This document shows positions 1 to 9,519 of a DNA stretch of 64,000 nucleotides, one piece after another. Below the pieces are notes generated by a model. That model was given only the letters and a program-made list of their open reading frames with translations. It ran no database searches and had not been told where the DNA came from. The stretch lies in contig DASWYC010000002.1 in NCBI GenBank assembly GCA_036405175.1, forward strand, positions 321,700-385,699, in the 5' to 3' direction. The position numbers and the translations under genes were made by a program. This stretch comes from Minisyncoccota bacterium. Lineage in GTDB: Bacteria; Patescibacteriota; Minisyncoccia; Phycocordibacterales; UBA1006. Position 1 is the stretch's first letter, and every line of letters begins with the position of its first letter.

Positions 1-42
1 AGTATCCGGTAATTCAAATGTTTTAAATTCTTCCAACGTCAT
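1..42 (-). CDS. 5' fragment of a gene running off the window edge (MTLEEFKTFELPDT...), possibly a UvrC/GIY-YIG nuclease N-terminus
   Basis: ATG at 42-40, just after the rseP stop. LPDT resembles the LPxxPGVY start of UvrC-like proteins, but only 14 codons are visible. Confidence 0.35.
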   Translation of the reverse strand, partial: MTLEEFKTFELPDT

Positions 43-48
43 ACGCGC

Positions 49-1137
49 TTACTTTCTAAGATCGTTGATCACGCCTACCACCGCAAGCGCTAATATGATG
101 AGCATTCCGATACCATTCAAAATAGCTTGTGCATTGGTTGAGATTTTCTTACCACGAGCAGCTTCAAACAATACTACCAAGATGCGCCCTCCATCTAAAA
201 TTGGGAGTGGCAAAATATTGAGCACGGCAAGGTTGATTGAGATGATGGCAACCAATACCAAAAAGAGTGAAAATCCTTCTGCTAAGGTATTACCTAAAAT
301 GCGCACAATACCAATTGGTCCCGAAACGGATGCATCACCAGCCGTTGAAACACCTGGTTCATCTGGTGTCACCACATTAACCACAGCATGAACAAATCCC
401 ATAAATGTTTCCTTGGTTAAAAATGCAGTGTATGAAAATGAGTCACCTACAGCACGTATGAAGTTTTCTTTAACATGAATATCTTCAAGGAGCACCACAC
501 CTACGCGATACTTTCCATCACTCATCACCGGCGTCAACGTTACTGGCTCATCTACACCTTCAAAACTAATAGCAAGAGGTGCGCCAATCTGTACAATTTG
601 CCCAAACATTTCTTGTGTAGGGTTAGCAACAATATTGTCCTGCACCACCACTTGGGTTACTTTCTTTTTAGTTGGAACGTTTGCTAAATCTGCAGGAGAG
701 TCCGGAGCTACTTCAAAAAATGAAAGCGTTGGTGCATTTGTTTGAAACTCTGCGCGAAGCTTCTGCGGCAACGATTCTGCCGGCAAACTTACGCCACGTG
801 TAAAGAGCATGGCAAACAAAAACCAAGCGGCCAACAAATTCATTACCACACCGGCAATTAAAATAATCAACTTACGCCCCGTAGTTGTTCCACTCAATGA
901 GTCCTTAGACGTATCATCTGCCTCTGCACCATCACCTTTCAATTTAACAAATCCTCCCAACAATAATGCACCAAATGAGAACTTGGTTCCGCGGAAATTG
1001 GTACTCAAAATCCTCGGTGGAAATCCTACCGAGAATTCAAGCACTTTAACTCCCACTAACTTGGCAGCAAAAAAATGTCCAAGCTCATGGATAATCACGA
1101 GTGCAATAATAGCGACGAGTGGAATAACAATACTCAT
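49..1137 (-). CDS. rseP: RseP-like site-2 zinc metalloprotease (M50)
   Basis: HELGH motif, FSVGFPP, GGFVKL, and NLAVLNILPLPILDGG. Confidence 0.93.
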   Translation of the reverse strand: MSIVIPLVAIIALVIIHELGHFFAAKLVGVKVLEFSVGFPPRILSTNFRGTKFSFGALLLGGFVKLKGDGAEADDTSKDSLSGTTTGRKLIILIAGVVMNLLAAWFLFAMLFTRGVSLPAESLPQKLRAEFQTNAPTLSFFEVAPDSPADLANVPTKKKVTQVVVQDNIVANPTQEMFGQIVQIGAPLAISFEGVDEPVTLTPVMSDGKYRVGVVLLEDIHVKENFIRAVGDSFSYTAFLTKETFMGFVHAVVNVVTPDEPGVSTAGDASVSGPIGIVRILGNTLAEGFSLFLVLVAIISINLAVLNILPLPILDGGRILVVLFEAARGKKISTNAQAILNGIGMLIILALAVVGVINDLRK

Positions 1138-1143
1138 ACAAAT

Positions 1144-1695
1144 CTATACGGTCATCACCTCTTTTTCTTTAAGAGCAGCAAGCTCATCAAGTTTACGGTT
1201 AGCCGCATCAACAATGTCCTGCATGGTCTTTTTGTGGCGCTTCAAATCATCTTCATTAATTTCATTATTCTTTTTAAGCTCATCAAGCGCCTTGTCACAA
1301 TCCTGACGATTCTGACGCACCTTAATACGTGCTTCTTCTTGTTTCTTCCCAATAGTTTTGGTGAGTTCTTTGCGAGTATCCTCGGTCATGGCTGGGATTG
1401 ATACACGGATCCCTGAACTATCAGAAGATACCGACACCGGCATTCCTGATTCGCGGATAGCATTTTCAATAGCCTTTGAGGTACTTGCATCCCATGGAGA
1501 TACCTTAAGCGTATGAGCTCCTTCTGGCGCCATAGATGCACATGCTTTAATAGGCTGCATGCTTCCGTAGACAGAAACAAGCACACCATCAAGCATAGCT
1601 GGTGTGATGCGTCCTGCCTGCACTAAATTGTATTCTGAAATAAGCCAATCTTGGCTATTTTTTACCTCCTGTTCGAGTGTTTTGAGTGGTTGCAT
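1144..1695 (-). CDS. frr: ribosome recycling factor
   Basis: AGRITPAMLD, VYGS, PWD, IPAMTEDTRKEL, EEARIKVRQNR and KEKEVMTV motifs. Confidence 0.95.
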   Translation of the reverse strand: MQPLKTLEQEVKNSQDWLISEYNLVQAGRITPAMLDGVLVSVYGSMQPIKACASMAPEGAHTLKVSPWDASTSKAIENAIRESGMPVSVSSDSSGIRVSIPAMTEDTRKELTKTIGKKQEEARIKVRQNRQDCDKALDELKKNNEINEDDLKRHKKTMQDIVDAANRKLDELAALKEKEVMTV

Positions 1696-1757
1696 ATAGC
1701 TAGTATACTACTACATTTTTTGAGTTTTGTCGTGGGTTGTATGAAGAAATTTTCATA

Positions 1758-1789
1758 CAAAAATTCCAGCTTTTTGGCTGGAATTTTTG
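1758..1789. terminator. intrinsic terminator hairpin after pheT
   Basis: CAAAAATTCCAGC-tttttg-GCTGGAATTTTTG inverted repeat. Confidence 0.75.
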
Positions 1790-1794
1790 ATTCT

Positions 1795-3699
1795 TTAGCG
1801 CATCTCGCATCCTTTTGAACGGAGCATGGTGTAGATCTTTTCAATCTCTTCGTTTACCACAGCATCGGTAAGTGTTGTCGATGCATCCTGGAAGACAAAG
1901 CGGATCAACACTGACGTTTTGTCATCTTTGGTAAAGGTATCGGCAAGATACGGTTTTTTAATGAGGTAATTAAGCTGTTCATTCATACACCAACCAAGAA
2001 CTTCTTGGGGAGTGTTGTCTGAAGGAATAAAGCATGACACATCGCGTGACACATACGGAGTGGTTCCCCATTGAGTAAATTTAGTATCACCGGTTGAGTC
2101 GCCAATAAATGCGTAATCACCTTCTGGATCAGCCTTGGTGTAATTAACTTTATACACCGTGTATCCGTCTTCATCGCTTATAAGTTCAAGCACTTTTTTA
2201 AGATGATGATCTTTAATCTGTTCATTAAATGCTTCAATCAAAGGCTTCTTTTTTGTCCCATCAAAGAGTACTACATGAAGCTCTTCAGTAGCTTCTTTGG
2301 TAAAGATAGTTCCAATTTCATACAAACAAATATTTGAAGCCTCGAGAAAATCCTTATTAAGACGTGATTGCTCAACTGAGTTTTTAAAACTTGTCACTAA
2401 CGTATCGCGAAGGAATGACTTTTCTTTTGATACCGGTGAAGCAACCTCGAGTGATCCTTGCGCAACTAAACTGTGATTTCTGATTTCATTGAATCCAACT
2501 TCACTTAAAATCTGACGCAATTGAGTAACTACGAGGGTTCGCTGATCAATGTGCGGTGTAAAGTTAAGGCGTGGCAATTCTTCTTGAATGTTATTGTAGC
2601 CATACATACGACCAACTTCTTCAATCACATCAACCGGATATACAATATCTACGCGATCAAGCGGCGGTACAACCTTATACAGTTCCCCTTCAACAACAAC
2701 TTGAAAGCCAAGTGATTTGAGGATTGATTCAATTTCTGCACTATCAATATTTGCTCCCAAGAGACGCTGGATTTCTTGCTGAGAAACTACCACTTGAGCA
2801 GAGGTTTCAACTTCACCCTTTTTAGTATCTTCTATTGTAATTACTGCGACATCCGCTTCTTCCTTTAAAAGAATTAAAAGAACTTTGAGCGCATGATCTA
2901 AGAGTGAAGACTTTCGATGCACAGAGAATCTTTTCGAAGCATCTGTAGCAAGGTTTAACCGACGTGATGTTTTACGAATATATTTTTCATCAAACACGCC
3001 AAGTTCAAAAAATGCACTGGTTGTATTCTCATCAACGATTGCGTTCTCTCCACCTTTAATTCCTGCAAGCGAAAGTACGCCGCTTTTATCTCCAAGAATA
3101 ATATTAGGGTTCTCTTTGGTTCCGTCTCGAATTACTAGATCATTTACAGTAAGATTATAATTTTTACCACCCATCATTGTAAAGATTTCACCATCATGAG
3201 CAGGAGTCACAATAAATGAACCAGTGCATTTTGACCCATCATAGACATGAACTGGTTGACCAGTAATCAACATCACCATATTAGTAATATCAACAAAAAT
3301 TGATTTTGATTGTATGCCACAAGCACTGAGAATGTTCTTCATCCACTCAGGTGTTTTTATTTGCTTTAAACCACTAACATGAACAAAGATTATTCGCGAA
3401 GAACCTTCAATAATAGCATTACCCTTTTCTCTTTTTACTTCTGGAAGATTCAGCTCCTTATTATAAACTGAATCATAGCTTTGTTTTTGAAACGCGCACA
3501 ATTCTTTTAACAGTCCTTCATGACTCAATAAATCTCCGTATCTGTTAGGAGTAATTTCAAGATCAATAACTGAATCATTGCCAACTGCTTCGATTGATTC
3601 AACTTCGCACAAATGCTCAGTGATTAATTCATCAAGTTGTTCATTTGATGGTAAAGTTTTTCCGTAAATTTTTTCAAGCAATATCTTTGAGTATTTCAT
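1795..3699 (-). CDS. pheT: phenylalanyl-tRNA synthetase beta subunit (short; lacks the B2 tRNA-binding domain)
   Basis: LEITPNRYGDLLSHEG, VDITNMVM..GQPVHVYD, DVIEEVGRMYGY and a C-terminal FDX-ACB (RDVS) domain; follows pheS. Confidence 0.95.
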   Translation of the reverse strand: MKYSKILLEKIYGKTLPSNEQLDELITEHLCEVESIEAVGNDSVIDLEITPNRYGDLLSHEGLLKELCAFQKQSYDSVYNKELNLPEVKREKGNAIIEGSSRIIFVHVSGLKQIKTPEWMKNILSACGIQSKSIFVDITNMVMLITGQPVHVYDGSKCTGSFIVTPAHDGEIFTMMGGKNYNLTVNDLVIRDGTKENPNIILGDKSGVLSLAGIKGGENAIVDENTTSAFFELGVFDEKYIRKTSRRLNLATDASKRFSVHRKSSLLDHALKVLLILLKEEADVAVITIEDTKKGEVETSAQVVVSQQEIQRLLGANIDSAEIESILKSLGFQVVVEGELYKVVPPLDRVDIVYPVDVIEEVGRMYGYNNIQEELPRLNFTPHIDQRTLVVTQLRQILSEVGFNEIRNHSLVAQGSLEVASPVSKEKSFLRDTLVTSFKNSVEQSRLNKDFLEASNICLYEIGTIFTKEATEELHVVLFDGTKKKPLIEAFNEQIKDHHLKKVLELISDEDGYTVYKVNYTKADPEGDYAFIGDSTGDTKFTQWGTTPYVSRDVSCFIPSDNTPQEVLGWCMNEQLNYLIKKPYLADTFTKDDKTSVLIRFVFQDASTTLTDAVVNEEIEKIYTMLRSKGCEMR

Positions 3700-3704
3700 A
3701 TATA

Positions 3705-4403
3705 TTAGAATTGATTAACGCGTTCATCACCGGCATAAAATACACGCACATCCGGCACGCCATATTTAATAACCGCTAATCTATCAAGCCCCATTCCAAA
3801 TGCAAATCCGGTATATTTTGTTGAGTCAAAACCTCCATTTTCAATAACTTCTGGATGCACCATTCCTGCCCCAAGGAGTTCAAGCCATTTCTTTCCGGTC
3901 CACACCGCTACTTCAAAACCTGGTTCAACGAACGGAAAGAACGACGGACGCAATTTAATTTTTGCACTATCGCCATAGAGTTCTTGGAAGAATCTCGTAA
4001 GTACGCCTTTCAAGTGAGCAACATTAATTCCCTCACCAATTACCATTCCTTCAACCTGATGAAACTGCGTCTCATGTGTTGCGTCAGTAGATTCATTTCT
4101 ATACACCTTTCCAATCGTACAAAAAGCAAACGGCGGTTCAACACCCAACTCTTTAAGTTGTTTCATTCTGCGGATTTGTGTATTAGATGTATGAGTACGC
4201 ATTACCATCCCAGGAAGATTTTTGAGATAAAAGGTATCCTGCATATCACGCGCAGGATGATCTTTTTCTACGCGGAGCGCATCAAAGTTATGCCATTCGT
4301 CTTCTAATTCTTGCGCTGAGGTAATTTCAAATCCCATTCCGGTAAGAATTTTATAAACCTCGTGCTCAAGGAGCGTAATAGGATGAAGTGTTCCTGATTT
4401 CAT
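3705..4403 (-). CDS. pheS: phenylalanyl-tRNA synthetase alpha subunit (no N-terminal coiled coil)
   Basis: HPARDMQDTFY, RTHTS, FPFVEP and GFAFGMGLDRL. Confidence 0.97.
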   Translation of the reverse strand: MKSGTLHPITLLEHEVYKILTGMGFEITSAQELEDEWHNFDALRVEKDHPARDMQDTFYLKNLPGMVMRTHTSNTQIRRMKQLKELGVEPPFAFCTIGKVYRNESTDATHETQFHQVEGMVIGEGINVAHLKGVLTRFFQELYGDSAKIKLRPSFFPFVEPGFEVAVWTGKKWLELLGAGMVHPEVIENGGFDSTKYTGFAFGMGLDRLAVIKYGVPDVRVFYAGDERVNQF

Positions 4404-4407
4404 ATGA

Positions 4408-5829
4408 TTATTTTTTAGCTTCGAATAATTCTTTAAACTTGGCAGGATTGCCAGATCCTTTAGACGCTTTCATAGCCATTCCAATCATAAACTGGAGCAG
4501 CGCGTCCTTACCATTTTTATAGTCTTCCCACTGAGCAACGTTTTCTGCAATTACGGTATCAATGATTGCATTGAGCGCTGATTCATCCTGTACCTGAATA
4601 TAGCCAAGTTCTTTAGCGAGTACATCTGGCTCACGATCATCATTCATCATCACTACCAATAAATCTTTCACACCACGAGAACTGAGTGACCCTGCACGAT
4701 ATAATTTAAGCAGATTCAAAAAGCGAACAACCGGTAACTGTTTAATAATATCCTCATGTGTCATTGATTGAGAAAGTGAAAGTCCCACAAAATCAGATTT
4801 AATATAGTTAGCCATGAGCTTAATCATTTCAAGATCAGGTTCTAGTTCTGCGCCGGCTTCAAAGTATTTTCTGAGCACCGGTTCAGCCAAAAAGAATTCT
4901 CCAATTTCTGGATTGAGTTTAAGATCAACTTCATAACGAGCACGGAGCTTCCACGGTAGTTCTGGAAGTCCTGCTTTTATCTCATCAAGATTGAAAAGTT
5001 CTGAAATATAGAATTTTGGAATATCTGGATCTGGGAAGTATCGGTAGTCATCACTATTTTCTTTAGTGCGCTGAGAGAAGGTGTTTTGATTTTCATCACT
5101 CCAACCGCGGGTTTCCTGCACAATTTCATTAGCGCGCCCTTCATCATGCAATTTAGTCATACGAGCAATTTCATAATCAATTGCTTTTCCAACTACTGAG
5201 AATGAGTTAAGGTTTTTAATCTCAACTTTGGTACCAAGTTTATCCTTATCTGGAGAAATAGAAATATTTACTTCAACACGCATGTTTCCAAGTTCCATGT
5301 CGGCGTTAGATACATCAAGCTCACGCAACAAGAGGCGCAATTCTTTTGCAAATCGCATCGCATCATCAGCACTATGAAGTACCGGTTCTGTTACCAACTC
5401 CATCAGTGGCACACCAGCGCGGTTGTAATCAACAAGTGATTTTCCTTCTTGATGAATTGACGTTCCGGTGTCTTCTTCAAGGTGGATACGGGTAATATCA
5501 AACCCTAACAATGATCCATGTTGCACGAGCGGATACTTATATTGTGAAATCTGATAGCCTTTTGGAATATCCGGATAAAAATAGTTCTTGCGGTCAAACT
5601 CGGTAAAGTCTGCAATTTCCCCATCAACTGCCAAACCAACCTGAATTACCTTTTTAATAGCCTCTTTATTAGGAACCGGAAGCGTTCCAGGGTGCGCCAA
5701 ACACACCGGACATACATTAGTATTTGGTACCGTTTCGTGAGCGTCATTTTTACAGCCGCAAAACATTTTTGAGGCGGTGTTGAGCTCGGCGTGAATCTCA
5801 AGCCCGATGGTTGGATAGTAGGTTGCCAT
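4408..5829 (-). CDS. gatB: Asp/Glu-tRNA amidotransferase subunit B
   Basis: IGLEIHAEL, FDRKNYFYPD and NRAGVPLMELVTEP. Start moved to MATYY (5829), downstream of a TATACT box. Confidence 0.97.
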   Translation of the reverse strand: MATYYPTIGLEIHAELNTASKMFCGCKNDAHETVPNTNVCPVCLAHPGTLPVPNKEAIKKVIQVGLAVDGEIADFTEFDRKNYFYPDIPKGYQISQYKYPLVQHGSLLGFDITRIHLEEDTGTSIHQEGKSLVDYNRAGVPLMELVTEPVLHSADDAMRFAKELRLLLRELDVSNADMELGNMRVEVNISISPDKDKLGTKVEIKNLNSFSVVGKAIDYEIARMTKLHDEGRANEIVQETRGWSDENQNTFSQRTKENSDDYRYFPDPDIPKFYISELFNLDEIKAGLPELPWKLRARYEVDLKLNPEIGEFFLAEPVLRKYFEAGAELEPDLEMIKLMANYIKSDFVGLSLSQSMTHEDIIKQLPVVRFLNLLKLYRAGSLSSRGVKDLLVVMMNDDREPDVLAKELGYIQVQDESALNAIIDTVIAENVAQWEDYKNGKDALLQFMIGMAMKASKGSGNPAKFKELFEAKK

Positions 5830-5907
5830 GTGTACAACAGTATAGCTTTTTTTTGGGATTTTTGGTAGTATGTGAGAGAAATTCAATTCCTTAAACCGCA
5901 TGGACTT

Positions 5908-6078
5908 ATGTCAACGTTCGACACTCTGAATGGTTTTACCCAAATCCACCCTACATTCGCAGGGATCAGTATTGTCTGCTTTCTTTTGGCCTCATATCTT
6001 TTATATGTCGCTTCGCATAACGTGTACAAGTCAGTTTCAGAACGTTACAGATTTACGAAAAGACTTCGTCTTTGGTAA
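5908..6078 (+). CDS. small single-TM hypothetical protein (56 aa)
   Basis: ATG at 5908, one hydrophobic segment and a basic tail; divergent from gatB and followed by a hairpin at ~6105-6135. Confidence 0.5.
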   Translation: MSTFDTLNGFTQIHPTFAGISIVCFLLASYLLYVASHNVYKSVSERYRFTKRLRLW

Positions 6079-6180
6079 ATTCATTAAAACACCATCTCAA
6101 CCCAAGAGCCATTCGAATTAATTTTGAATGGTTTTTGTAATCCAGAATACTTGTAATATATTGATAAATTGTAGTACAGA

Positions 6181-6209
6181 AAAAGCCATCTAATTCTTTA
6201 GATGGCTTT
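6181..6209. terminator. terminator hairpin after obgE
   Basis: AAAGCCATCT...AGATGGCTTT inverted repeat. Confidence 0.7.
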
Positions 6210-6211
6210 CC

Positions 6212-7189
6212 TTATTCCTTTTTTAATTCTCCAACAATATTTTCTACCAACTTTTTAGTAGAAGCATCGTCATACAGCGAAACACTGTGAACTTCTTTTC
6301 CAATAGCCTTACTCAAGCCTTCAACAAGAGGTGTAATATCACCTTCAAGATTATCGATCTTACTCATAACAACAATCTCATCTTTTTGCAAAAGTGCTGA
6401 GTCAAATGCACCAAGCTCATCTCTAATTGCTTTATACGCCGCAACCAATTCCTCAACGCTTTCACGTGCTTCAATAAAATGAACGAGTACTCGCGTGCGG
6501 CGAACATGCTGCAAAAACTTATGACCAAGCCCTTTTCCTTCTGATGCTCCTTCAATGAGTCCAGGAATGTCTGCAAAGATATATTCAAAATAGACCCCAA
6601 GATTCGGCTCGATCGTTGTAAACGGATAGTTAGCAACTTTTCCTTGTGCCTGAGTTACCGCATTCAAGAATGATGTTTTACCAGCATTTGGAAAACCAAT
6701 GATTCCCACATCCGCAATAATACGAAGCTCAAAAGAAATGAGTCCTTCTTCACCTTTTCTTCCAGGAGTAGATTCTTTTGGTGTAACATTATTTGAACGC
6801 TTAAAGTGTTCATTACCAAAACCACCGTATCCACCAGTTAAGATTTGGAATCGTTCACCAACTTCAATAAGATCATAGCTTTCTCCGGTTGAAATATTTT
6901 TTACCAGCGTTCCGCGAGGAAGTTTGATCACCAAATCCTCTCCTGTTTTTCCATGCATACCAAAGTTGTCCCCGTTGCCCCCCTTTTCAGCTTCGAGCTC
7001 TTTGATGTTTCTATAGTGTTCAAGATATGAAAGGTCACCGATAGCTTCAATATATACATCGCCACCCTTTCCGCCATCACCGCCACCAGGACCAGACATT
7101 GGCTTAAACTTTTCACGACGCCATCGAACAACGCCGTCTCCACCGTCACCTGCCTTAACCTTAATTGTCACATGATCTACGAATGCCAT
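6212..7189 (-). CDS. obgE: GTPase ObgE/CgtA (no C-terminal OCT domain)
   Basis: Gly-rich Obg fold GDGGDG, GFPNAGKT, YPFTT, DIPG and SKID. Confidence 0.97.
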   Translation of the reverse strand: MAFVDHVTIKVKAGDGGDGVVRWRREKFKPMSGPGGGDGGKGGDVYIEAIGDLSYLEHYRNIKELEAEKGGNGDNFGMHGKTGEDLVIKLPRGTLVKNISTGESYDLIEVGERFQILTGGYGGFGNEHFKRSNNVTPKESTPGRKGEEGLISFELRIIADVGIIGFPNAGKTSFLNAVTQAQGKVANYPFTTIEPNLGVYFEYIFADIPGLIEGASEGKGLGHKFLQHVRRTRVLVHFIEARESVEELVAAYKAIRDELGAFDSALLQKDEIVVMSKIDNLEGDITPLVEGLSKAIGKEVHSVSLYDDASTKKLVENIVGELKKE

Positions 7190-7246
7190 ATTGGGTATAT
7201 CTTGACATATTTTAGAGTGAATGTCAAAAATTAATGCCTATACAGT

Positions 7247-7405
7247 TTATAACTGTATAGGCCTTTTCTTCTGTCGAGAGATTGCATAATCTCTCATGTA
7301 AGTGAATTTATGCGTACGCCACGTTGACTTTGCTTCGTATATCAACCAACCAAAGATGCTCGCTGGGAAGATGACCGCCCACACGATAATTCCTACTATT
7401 TGCAT
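7247..7405 (-). CDS. small single-TM hypothetical protein (52 aa), not in the ORF track
   Basis: Hand translation MQIVGIIVWAVIFPASIFGWLIYEAKSTWRTHKFTYMRDYAISRQKKRPIQL*. Upstream TGcTATAAA box and AU-rich leader; the stop lies in a hairpin at 7236-7263. Confidence 0.5.
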   Translation of the reverse strand: MQIVGIIVWAVIFPASIFGWLIYEAKSTWRTHKFTYMRDYAISRQKKRPIQL

Positions 7406-7484
7406 TTTCTTATATAGTGTTTATGAATTAAAAAATAAAAAACTCTCCATTTATTTATAGCACAGAGTGTGCGATTCCCCTATG

Positions 7485-8597
7485 TTACACGCGGAATTCA
7501 ACAACATCCCCATCCTGCACAATATATGTTTTCCCTTCAACTCGCAGCTTCCCTTTATTGCGTGCTTCTGTAAGCGAGCCACATTCAACCAAATCAGCAT
7601 AGCTCACCACCTCTGCTCTAATGAACTTCTTTTCAAAATCAGTATGAATTGCTGCAGCTGCAACCGGTGCAAGTGATCCAATTTTAACTGTCCACGCACG
7701 CGTCTCCGTTTCTCCGGTCGTTAAATATGACATCAACCCTAACGCTTTGTATCCGGCTTCAATAAGCCCATCAAGCCCAACACCTTCAACACCTAAATCG
7801 TTACGCATATCCGTGCGTTCTTCTTCAGAAAAAATCTTAAGCTCACCTTCTCCTTGGGCATCAATTAAAATTACTGATGCACCTAATGTAGTGTGTGCAT
7901 AGGCAACAAACTCCTCGTATAATGCAGGATTAGTATCATTCAAATTACTTCCACCACTCTTTCTGTTTCCTGCAACAATCATCTTTTTATTGGTAAGCAA
8001 ATGGAGTGCATACAAAAATCCTGGCTCATGTTCGGTTTCTGTTACAAAGGTAAATGCAGGCTTACTATTTTCTAGATGTTCTTTCAACCGCTTTAAGCAA
8101 TTTGATTCTTGCATGGCTTTTTCATCACCGCGTTTCACATCTTTCTCAATATTGGAAATGCGCTTATCTACTGTCTGAAGGTCAGCAAGAATAAGCTCCA
8201 TCATGATTACTTCAAGATCACGTTTTGGATTGGGTGAACCATACACATGAGTAATGTCGGTAGTAGCATTGTTTTCAAACAAGCGCACCACATGCACAAT
8301 TGCATCCACCTCACGAATATGTGATAAAAACTGATTTCCAAGTCCTGCGCCCGTTGATGCTCCTTCAACCAAGCCAGCAATATCAACAAACTCCACTACC
8401 GCTGGAATTACTTTTTGTGACTTTGACATCTTTGCAAGCACGTCTAAACGAGGATCCGCAACCGGAACAATCCCCACTGATGGATCAATGGTACAAAATG
8501 GGTAGTTTTCTGCCGGCACCGACTTTTCAGTAAGTGCATTAAAGAGTGTTGACTTCCCCACGTTTGGGAGACCAACGATTCCAATCGAGATATTCAT
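7485..8597 (-). CDS. ychF: redox-regulated ATPase YchF
   Basis: GIVGLPNVGKST, NYPFCTI, DIAGLV and a C-terminal TGS domain (YIVQDGDV). Start moved to MNISIG. Confidence 0.97.
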   Translation of the reverse strand: MNISIGIVGLPNVGKSTLFNALTEKSVPAENYPFCTIDPSVGIVPVADPRLDVLAKMSKSQKVIPAVVEFVDIAGLVEGASTGAGLGNQFLSHIREVDAIVHVVRLFENNATTDITHVYGSPNPKRDLEVIMMELILADLQTVDKRISNIEKDVKRGDEKAMQESNCLKRLKEHLENSKPAFTFVTETEHEPGFLYALHLLTNKKMIVAGNRKSGGSNLNDTNPALYEEFVAYAHTTLGASVILIDAQGEGELKIFSEEERTDMRNDLGVEGVGLDGLIEAGYKALGLMSYLTTGETETRAWTVKIGSLAPVAAAAIHTDFEKKFIRAEVVSYADLVECGSLTEARNKGKLRVEGKTYIVQDGDVVEFRV

Positions 8598-8719
8598 GGG
8601 ACAAACTATACGATATTTTATGAGGTTTTTCAATGGGAAATACTTTGGTGGGTTGTAAATATGTTAATAGATTTAACTCTTCTATACTTATATTAGTTCT
8701 CACCTTAAAATTTAACACC

Positions 8720-9046
8720 ATGCTTATAAAAATGACTGCTCATCGTTTCTCGCTTGAAGAGATCCTTTTGGACTTCTTGGGTGCCATTTATCTTGCTGAT
8801 AAATCCTATGCCATCTTAAATACGAAAGAGCCCCTTTCAGTGCCTGATATATGGAATACAAGTAATAAAATTCTTGAAGATGTTGTCCACGTTGATTATT
8901 CAATCGATACTCAAAGCGCAATTCAGAAATGTTGGGAACAATCTGAAAGCTACAAACCTGGCGTTCTTCATTTTCCCACAATGCTTCCCATCACCTATCC
9001 AAGAAACAGTTTTATTGTTGTTGAAATTCTCCCAAAATCAAACTGA
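8720..9046 (+). CDS. hypothetical protein (108 aa)
   Basis: Fills the intergenic gap; ATG at 8720 follows a TATACT box and an AU-rich leader. Confidence 0.6.
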   Translation: MLIKMTAHRFSLEEILLDFLGAIYLADKSYAILNTKEPLSVPDIWNTSNKILEDVVHVDYSIDTQSAIQKCWEQSESYKPGVLHFPTMLPITYPRNSFIVVEILPKSN

Positions 9047-9143
9047 AGGGTTCCTATCCAGAAAGACAAGAATAATCTTCTTGTCTTTACTTTTTCTACT
9101 ACTATGATTTAATTCTTTTATTCCTTATTTAAAACCTAATACA

Positions 9144-9470
9144 ATGCTGATTCAAGAAAAAATACTCAAACTCAACAGCACCATTCACCTGAACTTAGGG
9201 GTGTTCAAAGTACTGAATTCAGAACATTCAATTGCCGTCTTTGAGGCAAAGTCTGAAGTTCACGCAGAAAATATCAGAGACTTTTTTAAAGGAGGTATAG
9301 AAACTGAAATTATTCCAGTTTCTATAAGCTCTCCCGAGCTCTATGAAACTCTAAACATCATCAACCAAGAAGTTTTGAATAGGCCGTTTGTAATTATTAC
9401 AAACGACTGTTTAGAGAAAGATTTCGCCATTCCTTCTGGAGATATCATGGTTTTCATGAACGCAGCATAA
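9144..9470 (+). CDS. hypothetical protein (108 aa)
   Basis: Clean ORF with an AU-rich leader, ending at a bidirectional terminator. Confidence 0.65.
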   Translation: MLIQEKILKLNSTIHLNLGVFKVLNSEHSIAVFEAKSEVHAENIRDFFKGGIETEIIPVSISSPELYETLNIINQEVLNRPFVIITNDCLEKDFAIPSGDIMVFMNAA

Positions 9471-9471
9471 G

Positions 9472-9507
9472 AAAAAGGTTGGAAGAAATTAATCTTCCAA
9501 CCTTTTT
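9472..9507. terminator. bidirectional terminator between convergent genes
   Basis: AAAAAGGTTGGAAGA-aattaa-TCTTCCAACCTTTTT. Confidence 0.8.
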
Positions 9508-9519
9508 ACATTCCTGCTT

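Noticed and set aside
7202-7227. TTGACAT...ATGTCAA inverted repeat before obgE as a third copy of the heat-shock motif
   Set aside because: The spacing differs and the AACGGGCGTT core is missing; it is probably the -35 box plus chance.
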